64,000 nt of DNA, taken from contig CAWHVC010000003.1 of assembly GCA_963832745.1 (NCBI GenBank), positions 704,001-768,000 of the forward strand, read 5' to 3'. Position 1 is the stretch's first letter. Each line of letters begins with the position of its first letter. Positions 61,281-64,000 of this stretch are shown here, in pieces. Position numbers and translations under genes: made by a program. The notes under the pieces are model-generated. The model was not told where the DNA came from. It ran no database searches and was given only the letters and a program-made list of their open reading frames with translations. Origin of the DNA: Candidatus Bathyarchaeota archaeon. Lineage in GTDB: Archaea > Thermoproteota > Bathyarchaeia > Bathyarchaeales > Bathycorpusculaceae.

Positions 61281-62754
61281 ATGTATAAGGCAAAAGCTTG
61301 TATCTTGATAGTCAGTTTTCTTGTCTTATCTATTGTTTTTCTGAACCCCGAAAATGTGCAAGCTACAGGTACAACTTTGCCTAGTATAATCAGTTCTGAC
61401 ACAACACTGACCAAAGAAGGTAGTCCATACAGTATCCTTGGGTCAACACGAGTTAATGCTGGAGTTACTTTAACTATTCAAGCAGGTTCAACGATAAATC
61501 TTGGATCAAATTATATCCAAGTTGATGGAACTCTAAACGCACGAGGAACAAACTCAGATCCAATCTATATTTTTGGCGCAGCAGTCAATGCCGCACAAAT
61601 TAAATTCACAAATTCCAGCAATAGTTGGAATGAACAATCAGGCACTGGGTGCATAATTGAAAACGCAATAATTAACCAGACAGTAATTTCTATTACAAAT
61701 TGCTCTGTAAAGATAAACAGAGACGCCTTCAACGATAGCGCTGATATGCAGCATAATAACGTTGCAATTTTAACAAACGGTGGCTCATCAATCATTTCGA
61801 ACAACATTTTCAATCAATGTGGATTAGACATAAGCGATAGTTCAACAATTTCTAACAATGTCATCGGTGGCGGCATTGGACTTTGGGGTGGCTCTCCGGT
61901 AGTTACTAACAATCAAATTTCAGGCAGAAGCAGCTATTTCTGGATTGGAAGAAGCTTTGACCGAGATTATGAAACACTTGCAATTATGCAATTGTTCGCC
62001 AACGGTTTCAAATAATACAATTAACGGCGTCGTTGGCTTTAACGCGTTTGAGCACGAAGACAACGGATACAACTTTTACAATCATGCACTTATCACTGGC
62101 AACAGAATTAGTATAGGCTATGTTTATAATGTTGGAATTGACATTGGCGCTGGCACAGGATCAATCGATATTATTAACAACGTAATCTCTGACGTGCCTA
62201 CAGGCATAAAAATTAGTAACATGACAGAAATTGGAGTTAAAATTCAAGGTAACTTGATAATTAGCAGTAACGTCACCGCAATTTATGCAGCAGGAAACAC
62301 AATTATCCAAAATAACACGCTTTATAATACCGGAATCGGCATAACCCTAAGCAACGCCGCTTCTCCTATAATAAGCGGTAACAATATTGATAACAGCAGT
62401 CAGTACAGCCTCAAATTAATCGGTACATCCAGCAACATTGAAGCTTCTAACAACTGGTGGGGAACTACTGACACACAGAAAATAACCCAAAGCATCTACG
62501 ACCAGAAATATGACTTCAACCTTGGGGAAGTAAACATCACACCAATCCTAACTGCTCCAAACCCACAAGCACCATTACCTCAGCTAGATGCTTCATTGAC
62601 CCCAACTGCAACAGTTACAGATGCTTCGCCGACGCCTACAACTCCCGAATACTCAATAATGGCAGTTCTTGTCCTGCTGACTGCAGCAACACTTGCGTTA
62701 CTATTGGGTATAAGAAAAATGCCGACAAAAAATTCAGCAGTAAAAAAATCGTAG
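61281..62754 (+). CDS. Secreted right-handed beta-helix protein with PEF-CTERM-like anchor (frameshift near 61990)
   Basis: Signal peptide, ISNN/ITGN repeats, NNWWGT, TPEY + TM + basic tail. Confidence 0.8.
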
Positions 62755-62900
62755 GTCCGGCTTGCGTTTCGTTGACATTTTTTTGCTCTTTTAACTGCTT
62801 TCAAACGTCATATTTGGCGCCATAGACTATTAGAGCCTAAAAGCAGCGGGAGCTAAACAGTTTATTTATAATTAGACATCGAAAAGTATAGCAAAAATGC

Positions 62901-62922
62901 TTAGTAAAGAAATCCTTACTAA
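62901..62922. promoter_or_regulatory. Second copy of the operator-like dyad
   Basis: TTAGTAAAGA-AA-TCCTTACTAA within a ~70-nt block duplicated from 61176-61243. Confidence 0.6.
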
Positions 62923-62994
62923 CTTTAGTCATGGTTTGTTTACGAAAACTCTTTTTACATTTCAAGCAGCTTCCATTTTTGGTGTCACTGAAGT

Positions 62995-64000
62995 ATGCAG
63001 AAGGCAAAAACCTGTAGCTTGCTATTTAGTTTTTTTCTTCTCTCCATTATCACCCTAAACACCAACCCCGTGCAAGCTACAGGCACAAATTTGCCAAGCA
63101 TAATCAGTTCTGACACAACCCTAACCAAAGACGGCAGCCCCTACAGCTTGATTGGTCCAACGCTCATAAACGCTGGAGTAACTCTCAAGCTTGAAGCAGG
63201 CGCTACATTAATCATGAGTAACTATTATTTGCGTGTAGATGGAGTTTTTCGGTCAATAGGAACCAAGGATAATTCTGCCCAAATTCTAAGCTCACCCGCC
63301 GTGTACCTGAGTGATTCGGTTGGGTTCATAAATTTCACTGATTCTTCCACAAGCTGGAATGAACAAACAGACACTGGTTGTGTAATAGAAAACACCATAA
63401 TCAACCAAACAAGATTGTACATTGATAATTCAATTGTGAAAGTTAACTCTGATACAGTCAACTTTCAAGGTAGCCCAATGGTCGATAACGTGGCAATTTT
63501 CATAAATGGTGGAGCAACTCCTGTGTCTAACTGTATCATTAATGCAGCCCTCATGATTCAAGGTGGCACTTCAACTATTACAGAAAATACAATCACTGGC
63601 GGCATGGGCTTATACGGTGGCAGCCCAACGGTAACAAACAATCATGTTTCTGGCGCTAGTACTTACATTTACTTTGCAAAGGATGAAAACAGGGTTTATA
63701 ACACGATAGCTGTGAGTTCTGATTGTTCACCAATTATATCAAATAATGAAGTCGTTGGGTCAATACATTCTGGTGACTATAGACAATATCAGGGTCAAGC
63801 AACAATAACCAACAACACCATCAACGGCGGAATATATGGTCAAGCAAACCTTGTAATCACAAACAATAAAATATTCGGTGGAATCTCAACAGCAGGAACC
63901 AACATCAATATTCAAGGCAACCAAATAACTGGCACAGGTCTGGTTGGCGTCAGCATAAGCGATGATGCAGTTGTAAAATACAACTCAATATCCGGTTTTA
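62995..64000 (+). CDS. Beta-helix surface protein paralog, runs off the window end
   Basis: MQKAKTC...VQATGTNLPSIISSDTTLTKDGSPY matches the N-terminus of the 61281 gene; no stop codon noticed. Confidence 0.8.
   Translation, partial: MQKAKTCSLLFSFFLLSIITLNTNPVQATGTNLPSIISSDTTLTKDGSPYSLIGPTLINAGVTLKLEAGATLIMSNYYLRVDGVFRSIGTKDNSAQILSSPAVYLSDSVGFINFTDSSTSWNEQTDTGCVIENTIINQTRLYIDNSIVKVNSDTVNFQGSPMVDNVAIFINGGATPVSNCIINAALMIQGGTSTITENTITGGMGLYGGSPTVTNNHVSGASTYIYFAKDENRVYNTIAVSSDCSPIISNNEVVGSIHSGDYRQYQGQATITNNTINGGIYGQANLVITNNKIFGGISTAGTNINIQGNQITGTGLVGVSISDDAVVKYNSISGF

Noticed and set aside
13025-62754. Many frameshifts (pilins, 16148 gene, platform gene, TrmB, 41588 gene, nth, AglH-like, 61281 gene) as programmed frameshifting or true decay
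   Set aside because: They are single-base indels with otherwise conserved reading frames, include housekeeping genes and share no slippery motif; most likely long-read assembly errors
746-63461. Numerous 60-140 aa ORFs overlapping the called genes
   Set aside because: Shadow ORFs on alternate frames or strands of well-supported genes, except those noted as frameshift fragments

Overview
Archaeal genomic DNA, most consistent with Bathyarchaeia/TACK (PolB1, AglB, CarS, Ftr homolog, many TTG starts); the taxonomy is inferred. In order, the window holds: three tandem cobalamin-binding radical SAM genes; an orphan CheY; a Dph6-like ATPase; a surface-protein gene lying inside a split dispersed repeat; a tightly packed purF-purD-HAD-Ftr paralog-PfkB operon; a type IV pilus locus (four tandem pilins, minor pilins, ATPase, TadC/ArlJ-like platform); TrmB plus a vWA/MoxR pair; a full chemotaxis cluster (cheY, cheD, cheC x2, cheR, cheA, cheW, cheB, soluble MCP) with no recognisable cheF or archaellum genes; a small accessory island; and housekeeping genes (nth, xpd, Clp1, radB, carS, OSTC-like, topA, aglB, aglH-like, polB1, alkaline phosphatase, RsmB-like, two beta-helix surface proteins). 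Best leads: (1) an Ftr paralog module as a candidate for the GAR formyltransferase missing in many archaea; (2) a chemosensory system apparently tied to a non-archaellum pilus, with a catalytically degenerate CheC and a sensor-less receptor; (3) a ~130-nt non-coding element present once intact and once split by a gene cassette. Many single-base frameshifts are probably assembly errors. No rRNA, tRNA, CRISPR array or transposase was seen. All family calls come from reading motifs by eye, not from database searches.
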